Part shown: positions 36,297 through 37,135 of the stretch, piece after piece
Position numbering within the stretch: the stretch's first letter is position 1
Layout of the letters: every line of letters starts with the position of its first letter
NCBI RefSeq assembly: GCF_001194135.2
Contig: NC_068999.1
Location: 35,808,929 to 35,846,063 of the forward strand
From: Octopus bimaculoides
Taxonomy: Eukaryota
Length of the DNA: 37,135 nt
Direction of reading: 5' to 3'
Notes under the pieces: model-generated
Databases searched by the model: none
What the model was told of the DNA's origin: nothing
What the model saw: the letters and a program-made list of their open reading frames with translations, nothing else
Position numbers and translations under genes: made by a program

Positions 36297-36336
36297 CATA
36301 TATACATACATACTTACATATATACANNNNNNNNNN

Positions 36337-36380
<44 letters not shown>

Positions 36381-36415
36381 GTAGATACATACATATATAC
36401 ATACATACACTCAAA

Positions 36416-36447
<32 letters not shown>

Positions 36448-37135
36448 CACACTCACACAAATATATATATTTGGCACATATATATATTTTAAGAGTTGTT
36501 TTGACTCTTATTTCTAGCAATGCTGATGCTGGCTGGCATCCTCAGTCACTTAAGTGATGACTACACTTTTGCCTTTCGGTTGTAAATTACGAATAGCCAC
36601 ATTAATAAATTATAATTCACACTTCACCCTTTTCGGAGTTAGTCACTGATTCTTATGGTGTTCTGTATAAGACTGACAAGGTGGGTTAAGTTTTTAACCC
36701 TCGACGACTGAGTAATGGGTCACTGATAAAGATTAGTCAAATCCGAAATCATCGATGATATGACTCTATCTCGCTTGCCGTATGGAACTTGTCTCCCTTG
36801 TCAGTCGTTAGATAAGTGCTTTCACGTGGCTAAGAGTTGTTTTGACTCTTATTTCTAGCACTAGAATGTAAAAATTAATGCTTATTTTACCGTAAACATT
36901 GAAAACGTACCCTCAAAGTGTTTCCAAACACTTAGTTTTATATATATATATATATATATATATTAGGGACAAAATCCAAAATTACAGGTAAAAACTCAAT
37001 TAAAATCAATTTATAAAAAATTAAAATTAAATTGAGCTTTATAGATAAAATATATGTGATAGTGGATTTTCATCGATGAGTTCTTGAAACTTGGTTATTT
37101 TCCCTAAAACTATATATATATAAGACATCCCTTCT

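Overview
AT-rich, microsatellite-laden eukaryotic DNA from a gapped draft assembly: ten N-gaps, about 4.6 kb in total, mostly next to (TA)n runs. The repeat families look like those of Octopus/coleoid cephalopods (inference from recognition, not a database search). No intact protein-coding gene or RNA gene is supported; nearly all long ORFs in the track are N-gap or microsatellite artefacts. The window is a transposon graveyard: three tRNA-derived SINE families (about 16 copies or fragments), a decayed Tx1/L1-type LINE fused to an R4/Dong-type RT-RLE relic, a second Dong-like 3' end inside (TAA)n, a mariner relic, a Helentron-associated (HINE/DINE-1-like) element, and Tx1 3' ends. The most notable structures are a miniature LTR element (LTR, PBS, PPT) cut by an 800-bp foldback that carries an RTE 3' end in its loop, a bulge-free 42-position hairpin (minus-strand miRNA-like or plus-strand ADAR-substrate-like), and two exact 29-30 bp direct repeats each flanking a 310-330 bp unique segment. 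A few low-confidence candidate exons are flagged. Element boundaries are by eye and approximate unless stated exactly.
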